A DNA stretch of 35,333 nucleotides from Octopus bimaculoides (Eukaryota): assembly GCF_001194135.2 (NCBI RefSeq), contig NC_068988.1, forward strand, positions 19,676,351-19,711,683. Reading direction: 5' to 3'. A model generated the notes under the pieces. It saw only the letters and a list, made by a program, of their open reading frames with translations. It was not told the origin of the DNA and did not search any database. The translations under genes and the position numbers were made by a program. Position 1 is the first letter of the stretch. Each line of letters begins with the position of its first letter. Below are positions 22,688-34,434 of the stretch, piece after piece.

Positions 22688-24254
22688 NNNNNNNNNNNNN
22701 NNNNNNNNNNNNNNNNNNNNNNNNNNNNNNNNNNNNNNNNNNNNNNNNNNNNNNNNNNNNNNNNNNNNNNNNNNNNNNNNNNNNNNNNNNNNNNNNNNNN
22801 NNNNNNNNNNNNNNNNNNNNNNNNNNNNNNNNNNNNNNNNNNNNNNNNNNNNNNNNNNNNNNNNNNNNNNNNNNNNNNNNNNNNNNNNNNNNNNNNNNNN
22901 NNNNNNNNNNNNNNNNNNNNNNNNNNNNNNNNNNNNNNNNNNNNNNNNNNNNNNNNNNNNNNNNNNNNNNNNNNNNNNNNNNNNNNNNNNNNNNNNNNNN
23001 NNNNNNNNNNNNNNNNNNNNNNNNNNNNNNNNNNNNNNNNNNNNNNNNNNNNNNNNNNNNNNNNNNNNNNNNNNNNNNNNNNNNNNNNNNNNNNNNNNNN
23101 NNNNNNNNNNNNNNNNNNNNNNNNNNNNNNNNNNNNNNNNNNNNATATATATATATATATATATATAGTTTTAAGCTGTGCAGGTGGTTGGTTGTCTGAT
23201 TCATTCGTTACTAGTCTGATAAATCGGCTACTTTTGAAAGCGTATTATTCACCCTTGTTCAACTCTACCTCGACCACCATCACCACCATTTACCATCATC
23301 ATCATCTTCACCCATACTGCTACTCTAATATTACCTCAACTTACACATCCCCTACTCTGTGTGCGGCTGATAGCCAGCTCTATCAAATCTGCCGGTACGA
23401 CGATTACGACCCCCACCTCACTGAGACCACCACCATCACCCACATACGACGTCCACAATCATTATCGTCTACATCATTCATCACCATACTCGTCATCATC
23501 ATCCTCGCCATCGTCATGATCAGTTCACTGCTACCGATGGATAGTTAACCATCCATATCCGAGACTATGTCTGGCTTGCAGTCGCGCACATCTGTCGTTC
23601 GTTATAATCTTTGTGTTCGATTATTTCTGTGCAATACTATATTATCTGATGTTGATGAACAAATAGCATTTAACATATATTGTGAGCAAAAGAGAGAAGA
23701 AAATAACACAAAAGAGAAACAAAAGTTATAAGTGAGAAACCATTAGCTTAGCAAAACTTCCCGTTGGCAAATGGCTTATGTACAGGAAGATGGTTGGTCT
23801 GTTAGACGGAAAGAGAACGAGAAAGAGGAAAGTAACACAAAGAATTAGTATTAGCTGGCAGCCAGAGAGAGAGAGAGAGAGAGAGAATTCGAGTGAGTGT
23901 GTGTGTGAGTGAGTGAGTGAGAAAGAGATGGTGTTAGAGAGTGAGAAATATACGAAAGCTTGAGTCAGAGAAAGACAATTATTTACACAGTTCAAAATAT
24001 AATTACTTACATCAGCATATATACATGTATGTGTATGTACATGTATATATATAGACATAAATGTTTACATACATCAATGTTACTTACAAAACATACCTAT
24101 ATATATATAAATGTTATGTAGTATTATATGTTATTTATATGTAGATATGCATGTGTGTATATAATACGTTACACTGGTCTTTTTTTTTTATTATTTTTCA
24201 TAGGATATTTATGTTTAAATTATATGTGTGCGTGACTGTGTTTGTATATACGTG

Positions 24255-24292
<38 letters not shown>

Positions 24293-24832
24293 TGTGTGTT
24301 TGTATGTATCTTCCATCAACATTGACGATGATTCAACAACTGCAGAAATTTCAATATAATATAAGAAGAAAGCATATATAGATTCTGGTTTGGCTAAATT
24401 TGGACATCTCTTATAAGATCGTAACGGTGCTATCCTGATATAATGTACAACAGTTTACACCACTTGTTATCGTTTTATGGCAGAGCTCGGCAATCATTGA
24501 AATTCTTCCGCTTCCCGTCTTAGCTCCCTCCCTACTTTCCTCCTTACTGTTCTCGAGAAATCGTCTTTGAAAAGACGTAAGGTTTTATTTCATTTTCTGA
24601 CCGTTGTCAGGTCTTCAGTGATCGAAGAGTTATGAAGAAGCTAGGAAATGTTGTGACTCTGAGAGTTTGTGATGTGTTCTAATAATGAGATACCTAAATG
24701 GGATGCATTTATATGTCCTTTTTCAGAGCCTGTATCTTTGTATGTTTGGCATGGGAGTCCGTGTGTAAGAGTAAGGAGATGAAAACTAGCAGTGCACGAT
24801 CGATTCTGCTTTTCTTCTCAATTTTATACATT

Positions 24833-24996
24833 GGCGCAGTAGTGGTTGTGTGGTAAGTAGCTTCCCCACCAACCACATGGTTCTGGGTTCAGTCCCACTG
24901 CGTGGTACCTTGGGCAAGTGTCATCTACTATAGCCTCGGACCGACCAATGCCTTAGGAGTGGATTTGGTAGACGGAAACTGAAAGAAGCCCGTCGT
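24833..24996 (+). mobile_element. SINE family C (CORE-like) 5' half
   Basis: tRNA-like head (GTGGTTGTGTGGTAAG..GGGTTCAGTCCCAC). The following GGTACCTTGGGCAAGTGTCATCTAC..AGCCTCGG resembles the CORE/MIR motif GTGACCTTGGGCAAGTCACTT. Ends AAAGAAGCCCGTCGT. Confidence 0.82.
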
Positions 24997-25591
24997 GACA
25001 TTAGAATCTGACTATTTAGCGAGGATTCAATCCCATTACACAAATAAATAATATATACTACTCGTAATAAGTTCTCAATTTTTTGTTGCAATTCTAAACT
25101 TAAATATATATCGGTCAATCATTTGTAACTATCAGGCAAGCGTTTGTAAATAAACATACACACACGTTTATGAAATGGTTCTAAGTCGCCAGTGACATGC
25201 ACGTCGAACAAAAACGATGAATAAATCATATATTTGATACCAAACAAGGTAAATTCTTGGACTGTTAAAATCACCTTCTCTTCCAGAGTAGATCAACAAA
25301 CGCCTGTTGTCTGCTTTCATGGACTGTAAATAAGAAAGTCCAAGAATGAAAATCCTTCCGGGATTGAATTACCATTAACGAATTGTTTATTAATTTTTAT
25401 GGAGTCAAACGGGCAACTGAAGTTACTCCGGTCTTAATAGACAGCAACGGCAGAAGAGTTGTCAGCTGCGTTCAGTGACTCAATGAAAAAAGCAGGATAA
25501 AGTATGTATTGGCATTTCAGGAAGTTAACAATTTTGAATATGTTTTGTGTTTGCATGACAAAAGGAATTAGAGACACGAGGATTAGAGAGA

Positions 25592-25594
<3 letters not shown>

Positions 25595-25646
<52 letters not shown>
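25595..25646. repeat. (GA)n microsatellite
   Basis: Read directly. Confidence 0.96.
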
Positions 25647-25648
<2 letters not shown>

Positions 25649-26086
25649 AACAGTCTATATAATTTTAATATGACCGACAAGGAAAAAGCGAAGATGCAGC
25701 GAAAGATGAACATTGACGAGAATAATCATTAATTAGAATTAAGTAATGAAGCTGTTACTGACATTCAACCGAGCATTAAGTCGGTGATCAATTAATGATT
25801 TTGAAAAACGAAAGAGATAAATAAATACATAAAAGCAATTGAGTGATAGTCTTGTGATTTATCTATTAACTAATTGCCTACCTCCATTCCGTCTTACTAA
25901 TTCACAAACGCGGAGACATCATCGCCATGTGCACGCATCTGTGTCATTTTTCACTTTAGTCAACGTAACTGACGTTTTTGAAATCGTCACGTCGACCTTG
26001 TCGTCGTCATCGTTGTCATCATTACAACAACAGCGACGACTACAAAAACAACAACAACAACGACGACGACAACAACAAAAACAACA

Positions 26087-26243
26087 ATCTTTTCTACTAC
26101 AGACACAAGGTCTGAAATTCTGGAGAAAGGGGCCAGTCGATTAGAACTACCCCAATGCCCAACTTATACTTATCGACCCCGAAAAGCTGAAAGGCAAAGT
26201 CGATCCTGGCAGCATTTGAACTCGGAACGTAAAGACGAACGAA
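26087..26243 (-). mobile_element. SINE family A lacking its head, tail type A2
   Basis: CACAAGGTCTGAAATT..GGGGCCAGTCGATTAGA..ATCGACCCCGAAAAGCTGAAAGGCAAAGTCG..TTTGAACTCGGAACGTAAAGAC. Confidence 0.82.
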
Positions 26244-27175
26244 GTTTGGTGTTTGTGTGGGTGCGTGTTGTCGGGAGTGTTTTCTTTTGGTCGCTGGTTG
26301 CCTTTGGGGTAGTGTTGGCAGCGAGGTTTGTGACCGTGGTGCTGGAGAGGTTGGTGATGTTGTAGGTGTGTCTGTGGCAGTTGTGAAAGTATTTTCTGTT
26401 TTTTTTTATGCGTATGTTGATGTGGAACTTTAATTATTTATTTATTTTCGTTTTTGTGGTTCCCCCTCATTTTCTATGTGTTGCCAATGAATCTGAGTCT
26501 GTGAAATTAGGGCGTGGGTCGATGGAGTTTGAAATAGACACAGAGAGAGAGTGGGAGAGCTTCGCTGAGGTAGCCCCTGGTGTTGTGTATGTTCTTAAAT
26601 ATTATCTCTTTTGCTGCTAAAGGGAGTGAAAATGGTGCGTCTGTTGCTGGTGTTGCTGAAGTTGCTGGTGTTGTTGCTGTGGTTGATCTTGTGGCTATTC
26701 TTGTTGATAAAGATGCTGTTGTTGCCAGGGGTGATGTTGCTTTGTTATTGGTCGTTGTTGGTTTGGTTATTGTTGTTGAGGCTTTTTGTGACCTACTGTT
26801 GGCTCTAAGGGTCTACCACGATTACCTGTCTTGTGTTAGAGTGAGAAGACTCTCAAGTGTCCTGCCGCTCCACACAGGTGGCACCGTAGCCTTCTACCCT
26901 CCACTGTTACATGTAATTCTACCCGTCCTGGAAGAAGAATAAGGTCTGGGATTTTTTGAATAACTCTGGTTGAATGTGGAGGAGTACTTCCACGCTGGTC
27001 CAAGACCAATTTTCCTGTCGTGTCCTTTTGACCTCCAGGAGGCTCTTGCTCCGTTCTAGAAAGATCGCTGCGAGAATCCAACAAAGGTTTACGTCTGGTG
27101 GTATCCCAGCTATCCTTATACGCACCATCCTCCTTCCTAAACAGAATGGATAAAGCACATATATTTTTCACCCCC

Positions 27176-27532
27176 GAGTGGAGGCGCAATGGCCCAATGG
27201 TTAGGGCAGCGGACTCGCGGTCATAGGTTCGCGGTTTCGATTCGCAGACCGGGCGTTGTGAGTGTTTATTGAGCGAAAACACCTAAAGCTCCACGGGGCT
27301 TAGGCGCACCACCACTTTCTCTCACTCTTACTTCCTGTTTCTGTTGTGCCTGTAATTCAAAGGGTCAGCCTTGTCACACTATGTTACGCTGAATATCCCC
27401 GAGAACTACGTTAAAGGTACACGTGTCTGTGGAGTGCTCAACCACTTGCACGTTAATTTCACAAGCAGGCTGTTTCGTTGATCGGATCAACTGGAACCCT
27501 CGACGTCGTAAGCGACGGAGTGCCAGCAACAG
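27176..27532 (+). mobile_element. SINE family B with internal deletion, 10-bp TSD
   Basis: TSD TTTTTCACCC at 27164-27173 and 27533-27542. It lacks the CCGGCAGGG..CCTGCTGTACTC block near 27305 that other copies have. Confidence 0.92.
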
Positions 27533-27935
27533 TTTTTCACCCTGACATGGAACCACAGAGTGTTTGACGGCCAGGGCTTCAGATATAAAGAGCACTGAAA
27601 TGTCAGCAAAATGTGTAGCCCTCGAAATATGAAGAATGTTGCGAATTATTTCTTTCAGTGCCCTTTCCGTGTCTGCCTCGCTCACCGTCTATGGCTGCTT
27701 CGTGTTTACGGAGACGCTTCTGTACAACAGAGTTTTCTTTTTTGTTTCTGCCAATACCTCATGGAGGATGGCAATACTGGTTTGCACCTTTTCCAGTCTT
27801 ATTAACTTAGCTGCTTCAGCTAAATAAATGTCTTTCTGAAGCAGATCCATGCATAAATATTCTTTGCTTCTTGCGCCTGTCTCAGGGAAACAAGTAGTCC
27901 GGTTCATGTCATTTATTACGATGTTACTCGTTATA

Positions 27936-28308
27936 GAGTGGAGGCGCAATGGCCCAGTGATTAGGGCAGCGGACTCGCGGTCATAGGATCGCCGTTTCGA
28001 TTCCCAGACCGGACATTGTGAGTGTTTATTGAGCGAAAACACCTAAAGCTCCACGTGGCTCCGGCAGGGGACGGTAGCGAATCCTGCTGTACTCTTTCAC
28101 CACAACTTTCTCTCACTCTTACTTCCTGTTTCTGTTATACCTGTATTTCAAAGGGCCAGCCTTGTCACACTGTGTCACACTGAATATCCCCGAGAACTAC
28201 GTTAAGGGTATACGTGTCTGTGGCGTGCTCACGTTAATTTCACGAACAGGCTGTTCCGTAGATCGGATCAACTGGAACCCTCGACGTCGTAAACGGCGGA
28301 GTGCCAAG
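27936..28308 (+). mobile_element. SINE family B, full length, 10-bp TSD
   Basis: TSD ACTCGTTATA at 27926-27935 and 28309-28318; A-box TGGCCCAGTGA and B-box GTTTCGATTCC. Confidence 0.93.
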
Positions 28309-29319
28309 ACTCGTTATAATAGTGGCGGTGTTGGAACTGGTTCTGCTCGAGAGACTGTCACTATATACCGTCTTTTCTTTATTCATTGTAGTGGTGGTGG
28401 TGGTGGTGGTGGTGAAGGTGGAGTTGTCTGTGGTTTTGAAACTGCTGCTATGAGCTGTAATTTGAGTTGGAGTATTTCACTGAATTGCAAGGAATTCAGC
28501 TTCGTAGTGATGTCATTAAAGATATTCGTATTATTATGTTTTGAATTGTCTGCAGTATCGTGTGCGATAATTTGAACTTGCCCACCTCCCCTTCTGTTTC
28601 TGGGGAGTAGGTGGAGGTCAATGCGGCATCTAACACCTCTCTATCTCAAACACTTCTCACCTCCTCTTCTATGTTCTTCAACAAGGCTGGTTTCGCCATA
28701 ATTGTTTTCTTTCTCAATTAATTTTTGAAACAGTTATTTTGAGATTACTGACCCTNNNNNNNNNNNNNNNNNNNNNNNNNNNNNNNNNNNNNNNNNNNNN
28801 NNNNNNNNNNNNNNNNNNNNNNNNNNNNNNNNNNNNNNNNNNNNNNNNNNNNNNNNNNNNNNNNNNNNNNNNNNNNNNNNNNNNNNNNNNNNNNNNNNNN
28901 NNNNNNNNNNNNNNNNNNNNNNNNNNNNNNNNNNNNNNNNNNNNNNNNNNNNNNNNNNNNNNNNNNNNNNNNNNNNNNNNNNNNNNNNNNNNNNNNNNNN
29001 NNNNNNNNNNNNNNNNNNNNNNNNNNNNNNNNNNNNNNNNNNNNNNNNNNNNNNNNNNNNNNNNNNNNNNNNNNNNNNNNNNNNNNNNNNNNNNNNNNNN
29101 NNNNNNNNNNNNNNNNNNNNNNNNNNNNNNNNNNNNNNNNNNNNNNNNNNNNNNNNNNNNNNNNNNNNNNNNNNNNNNNNNNNNNNNNNNNNNNNNNNNN
29201 NNNNNNNNNNNNNNNNNNNNNNNNNNNNNNNNNNNNNNNNNNNNNNNNNNNNNNNNNNNNNNNNNNNNNNNNNNNNNNNNNNNNNNNNNNNNNNNNNNNN
29301 NNNNNNNNNNNNNNNNNNN

Positions 29320-29376
29320 CGTAGCGGCAGATGAAATGGTGCTAAGCATTTTGCCCAGCGTGCTAACGATTCTGCC
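29320..29376 (-). mobile_element. SINE family A head; the remainder is probably in the gap
   Basis: Reverse complement GGCAGAATCGTTAGCACGCTGGGCAAAATGCTTAGCACCATTTCATCTGCCGCTACG. Confidence 0.82.
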
Positions 29377-29381
29377 CCCTC

Positions 29382-29467
29382 TTATTATTATTATTATTAT
29401 TATCATTATTATTATTATTAATAATAATAATAATAATAAGTTTTTTATTGTTGTTCTTGTTGTTATT

Positions 29468-29500
<33 letters not shown>

Positions 29501-29520
29501 AATAATAATAATAATAATAA
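29382..29520. repeat. Compound (TTA)n/(AAT)n/(TTG)n/(AAC)n/(AAT)n microsatellite
   Basis: Read directly; the strand polarity switches twice. Confidence 0.92.
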
Positions 29521-29523
29521 TCT

Positions 29524-29587
29524 TAAGGCACCAAGCTGCCAAAGAGGTTAGCACGCCGGGCGAAATGCTCAGCCGTATTTCGTCTGT
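29524..29587 (+). mobile_element. SINE family A head only
   Basis: TAAGGCACCAAGCTGCC..GTTAGCACGCCGGGCGAAATGCTCAGCCGTATTTCGTCTG, then similarity stops. Confidence 0.75.
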
Positions 29588-30479
29588 GAACCAAGGATAA
29601 GTTCTCAAAACTTGTTACTCAGCAATCTTAAGTAGACGGGAATGTATTTCTAACTTGATGACAATCATCAGTATCGCGTATCACCAATGCTAGACTGTTC
29701 GTGGATTGTTCATACGCGTTGGCATTTCGAAAATATTCCAGCTGTTTGTAGAGTTTACTTAACTATTCGATGTTGAGTCTTTCATGCTGTCGCTAATAAT
29801 AGTTTCATGGCACCAGTTTCCATGTAAATATAGAAAGAAATGAGAACAGCGTTGAAAGGAAGCGCCAGGTTAAAATGTTTATGCAAATATTTTTCTGTGT
29901 ATGTGTGCGTCTGTAGAGGTGCCACTCAGGCAAGCACATATACTATGTGTTTGTGTATGCGTTTGTGTGTGTTTATGAGTGTGTGTGTTTGTGTGTGTGT
30001 GTGTGCATGGATGTATGTGTATATATGTATGAGAGATCGCGTGTGTGTGTCATTTTCTGTTTATCATTGTTATTTTCTATTTGCAATACTAATAGATGTA
30101 TTTTGTATACTGATGAAGCTAAATAAAGAAACTATAACCACCAACACTAACCACCGACTCTATGATTGATTCTAGATAAACTGAAACGATTTTTTGATTG
30201 TTTTTTAAATATATCCAGTGTTTTGTATCTCTAAGCGATGACGACATCTTAACACGATATGGTCTATGGGTAAAAATTAAATATTAAGTTAAAACAGCTT
30301 TACCAAGACGACAGATGTGAAATCGATTATTGCTTTATCAATTAATTAAATTTTTAAAAATAACAACATTTACGCATTTTTACAACATATTAATATTGTT
30401 TTAGATATTTCCTTTCTATGTTTGTACGTGTTTTATTTTTCAATAATTTTCGATTATTAATTAGAATNNNNNNNNNNNN

Positions 30480-30513
<34 letters not shown>

Positions 30514-31447
30514 CATGTATATATATATATTCATACATATATATATATACATATGTATATTCATACATATATATATTGAAACATAAATATGCGCATATCT
30601 ATAAAATTTACAAAGGTATACACACACATATAAATATATATATTTATATGTAGGTATGTATGCGCATATATATGTGTGTGTGTGAGTTTGTGTGTATATG
30701 TGTGTGCTTGTATGTTTGTTTGTGTACGTATACATACATGCGTATATATACATATATATTCACACACACATACGTATGCATATGTATAAAACATACAAAT
30801 AATATCAGTATATGTTTATATCCGAATACACTTACAGTCAGACATAGATATATCAATATATAATATCAGATATATACGTTGAGTGAAAGGGGAAGACAGA
30901 AAGAAAGAGATACGCATAAATGGATATAAGAATAATGTCTGAATAAATATTTATGAATATACTGTTTTCAGTGTTTTATGTTCTCTACATTGTCTCTTTG
31001 CTGGCACATTGATGCAGAACTAACATTCAATGAATACATAAATAATAACAGTCGAAGCTGTTATCAGACTAATTCAACCATTGAACATTCGTGATTCTAT
31101 AATTATATTTAAAAAGAGAAAAATATTAATACGCCATTCAATATTGAAAATCGAATGTTGGTTCTCTTTCGCAGAGCAGCAATAGAAAACAGCTTTTATC
31201 ATCGATTGTGTTTTTACAATTCCACCATTATTTTTTTTTTTAATTTCGGAATCGGAATGATTTTTTCGCTTCGAGCTGGTGCAAGAACAGATCCATGACA
31301 AAAGAGGAGGGAAAAAGCAAAGTAATAGCCTCAATGCGCATACAAACGAGCGCAGTTGTTTAGGTTCATGCTTGTTCAAAAACGAAATCTGGCTTTGTTT
31401 TCTGTGCCAGGGTGCAGTTGGTGTCATTAAGATATTGTTTAACTAGA

Positions 31448-31661
31448 AACGCGGCAAGCTGGCAGAATCGTTAGCACGCTGGGCGAAATTCTTAGCGGTA
31501 TTTCGTCTGTCTTTACGTTCTGAGTTCAAATTCCGCCGAGGACCACTTTGCCTTTCATCTTTTCGGGGTCGATAAATTAAGAACAAATTGCTTACTGGGT
31601 TCGATCTAATCGACTGGCCTCCTTCCCTAAAATTTCAGGCCTTGTGCCTAGAGTAGAAAAG
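31448..31661 (+). mobile_element. SINE family A, full length, tail type A2, decayed TSD
   Basis: Complete head, body and tail. Candidate TSD GATATTGTTTAACTAG (31431-31446) versus GATATTGCTCAACTCG (31662-31677), 13/16 identical. Confidence 0.9.
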
Positions 31662-31971
31662 GATATTGCTCAACTCGACTGAGAACTGTATAAGGTACGA
31701 AAGTATTCTTTATTCTTTTGCATGTTTCAGCCATTTCACTGCAGCCATGCTACGGCACCACTTTAAAGGGTTTTGTCGAAGACGCCAACTCCATGGCTTA
31801 TTCTCCGTAAGCCTAGTATCTATTTTATCGTTCTCTGTTGCTGATCTGCTAAGTTACGGAGATGTAAATATACCAATAGTGGTTGGCAACTGATGGTGAT
31901 GGGGTGGGGAAAAGTACGACACAAAAACACAGACACACGCATATACACACAAACACAGACACACACACACA

Positions 31972-32931
31972 TATATCTTATCTTTTACGGGTTTCAGCCA
32001 GGGGCTGAGGCTATGCTGGTGCGCGGCCTTTACTGCATCCGGGGATATTTCTAGTATTGTTCCTGGTGAAGTAGTGAGCTGGATATTGCCGCTATTATTT
32101 GTGCCTACTGCCGTGATGTGAGTTCATCCGGTATTGCAGATAAAAAAAACTGTCTTGACGTTTTCTAAAGACTTCCATGTCTACACATCGCGGATCCCTG
32201 ATATTCTGTGGTGGGGCATTAAAAAGTCCTGATCCCTTGACTCCCAAGCTATTACAATATTGAGTTCGTATCCTCAATGGAGAAGATGGAACATTTGGTA
32301 CTGTGCAGTGTTACCAGTTCGAGGATTGTTCTAGATTTCGATTCGGAAATTTGGAGCTAAACCCACCGTTATTTTCCATATCTATAGCACTGAATATCTT
32401 TCATGTCTGCTCTCCAGAGAATAGAGTCCCAGTTCATTTATCCTCTCTCAATAATCCATGTGTTTTACTGAATCTGTCTTCTTTGTGTAGTGGCGTTGGA
32501 TCGCTTCTAGTTCCGCAATTAGTTTTACACTCTGTGGTGACCTCAGTTGGGAGCAGTAGACCAGACGACTGAGGACAAAGGTTCTCCATAGCAGAAGCAT
32601 TGTATTTCTGTTCCTGGTCCTGAAGGATCTAAGGATCCAACCTGGGATTACATTATCTACTGGTCCTATGTACTTCAGTTCTAATCTTTTTGTGGGCTGA
32701 TAACAGAATGCTTGAAATTTTGCGGCGTTCAACTGCATATTATTCTCATCAGCCTTCTTATGTATTGAGTTCAGGTCATTCTGCAGTTATAGGATGTCAG
32801 TAGGATCCTTGACCGTCTGCGATACTTTCGTGTCGTCGGCATGACTGGTGAGTGTGGCTGATTCTGTTGCTGATGCCACATCCGAGAGAGCAACCACAAA
32901 CGGTGGTGTTCCCAGCACTGTTCTCTGAATA
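31972..32931 (-). mobile_element. CR1-like LINE, 5'-truncated RT C-terminal region and 3' tail, degenerate with internal deletions
   Basis: Reads QRTVLGTPPFV (PQG-VLGP equivalent), TSHADDTKV (HADD at 32832-32843), MQLNAAKFQ, GWILRSFRTR..VLSRLVYCSQL.SP..LEAIQRHYTKK, YCNSLG, PDEL..SSSLLHQ, then a short 3' tail. Confidence 0.87.
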
Positions 32932-32941
32932 TTATACACAT

Positions 32942-32950
32942 AATATATAT

Positions 32951-33003
<53 letters not shown>
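32942..33003. repeat. (TA)n microsatellite
   Basis: Read directly. Confidence 0.95.
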
Positions 33004-33410
33004 CAGTGTGCGTAAGGTATTTGAGGACATAACATTTTGGGGTCATTGCAGCATTTTAGCTAACTCTGTATAATCTTTGTTTCAAAAAATAATAATGGCA
33101 GACCCTCAGCTTACTCAAAAATGAAGAGGCATACTGTTATTATGGTTATAAATGCTGAGCATAGTGATGTAGAAATATCTCGAGATTTAAAAGTTGACAG
33201 ATCTTTCGTCTTCAAAGTTTGTAAGGATCTAAAGACTGTAGATGGACATGTATCACCTGTATCAAAACATAAAAATCATTCTAAACGCTTTCAAATCATC
33301 GGAATTTACGCAACAAGTTCAACAGACTATTGATTACAATCCCCAAAAGCCCATGAGGTCAGTTGCAAAATATCTCCATGTGTCAGAAGGAAGTCAGAAA
33401 TGTTGGAAGA
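33004..33410 (+). mobile_element. Tc1/mariner-superfamily DNA transposon left-end remnant (N-terminal HTH region of transposase, frameshifted)
   Basis: MKRHTVIMVINAEHSDVEISRDLKVDRSFVFKV looks like a first HTH, followed by a basic KHKNHSKR stretch. A shifted frame gives EFTQQVQQTIDYNPQKPMRSVAKYLHVSEG, a second HTH-like block. It begins TA|CAGTG. No DDE domain is present. Confidence 0.65.
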
Positions 33411-33477
33411 TTAAAAAGGCGTGTGAAAAGAGTTTATATTGTGGCCCCTGTTCTTTCTGCCAGCCAACACATGTGTG

Positions 33478-33706
33478 CTATTTCTTTACTACCCACAAGG
33501 GGCTACATACAAAGGGGACAAACAAGGACAGACAAACGGATTAAGTCGATTGTACCGACTCCCGTGCGTAACTGGTACTTATTTAATCGACCCCGAAAGG
33601 ATGAAAGGCAAAGTCGACCTCGGCGGAATTTGAACTCAGAACGTAGCGGCAGACGAAATACCGACTAAGCATTTCGCCCGGCGTGCTAACGTTTCTGCCA
33701 GCTCGC
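33478..33706 (-). mobile_element. SINE family A, full length, tail type A1
   Basis: Near-consensus head and body; tail TATTTCTTTACTACCCACAAGGGGCTA..GGACAAACAAGGACAGACAAACGGATT matches the reverse complement of the 12311 tail. Confidence 0.92.
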
Positions 33707-33853
33707 ATTATGCTATGGAATGAATAAATCTTTGGCAGGCTCTAGAGTCATACAAGAGCCCCACATTGCATCATCAATGACTCCTTTCGCTGATTCTTTC
33801 TAGCCATAGCTTTGCTCGTGTACGAGAAAGCAGCCACTATATGTATGTGTGTA

Positions 33854-33884
<31 letters not shown>

Positions 33885-34136
33885 ATTTGTGTCTGTGTTT
33901 GTGTATGCCTATATGCATGCTTGTGTGTGTTTGTGTGAGTGTCTTTGTGTCTGTGTAGTGTTTAGTAATCACAGCTCACACTTGTGACAGCTCTATANNN
34001 NNNNNNNNNNNNNNNNNNNNNNNNNNNNNNNNNNNNNNNNNNNNNNNNNNNNNNNNNNNNNNNNNNNNNNNNNNNNNNNNNNNNNNNNNNNNNNNNNNNN
34101 NNNNNNNNNNNNNNNNNNNNNNNNNNNNNNNNNNNN

Positions 34137-34434
34137 TTATTGAGCGAAAACACCTAAAGTTCCACGGAGCTCCGGCAGGGAATGGTGGCGAACCCTGCTG
34201 TACTCTTCCACCACAACTTTTTCTCACTCTTACTTCCTGTTTCTGTTGTGCCTGTAATTCAAAGGGTCAGCCTTGCCACACTGTGTCACGCTGAATATCC
34301 CCGAGAACTACGTTAAGGGTACACGTGTCTGTGGAGTACTCAGCCACTTGCACGTTAATTTCACGAGCAGGCTGTTCCGTTGATTGGATTGACTGGAACC
34401 GTCGCCGTCGTAAGCGACGGAGTGCCAACAACAA
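34137..34434 (+). mobile_element. SINE family B body and tail; the head is probably in the gap
   Basis: TTATTGAGCGAAAACACCTAAAG..GACGGAGTGCCAACAACAA, colinear with the other B copies. Confidence 0.92.

Larger units (their letters stand above)
26247..28386 (-). mobile_element. Non-LTR retrotransposon ORF1 (gag-like, probably L1/Tx1 clade) remnant interrupted by two SINE B insertions
   Basis: Removing the two TSD-flanked SINEs joins MNKEKTVYSD..ATIITS|NIVINDMNRTT in frame. It continues ..KQP*TVSEADTER..VPCQGEK|YM, then after frameshifts VRIRIAGIPPDV..IPDLILLPGRVELHVTVEGRRLRCHLCGAAGHLR (CCHC knuckle, last Cys lost, about 26850-26883), then a T/P/Q-rich tail. Clade assignment is inference. Confidence 0.72.

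Noticed and set aside
24600-25330. Possible splice acceptors and donors (e.g. CCTTCTCTTCCAG near 25285 followed by GTAAAT)
   Set aside because: The implied exons are under 60 nt with no recognisable peptide; not supportable without transcript data.
27176-27255. tRNA-like head (also at 9830-9909, 27936-28015, 24833-24900 and 16365-16441)
   Set aside because: These have A/B boxes but no complete cloverleaf or matching acceptor stem, and they run into SINE bodies, so they are not tRNA genes.
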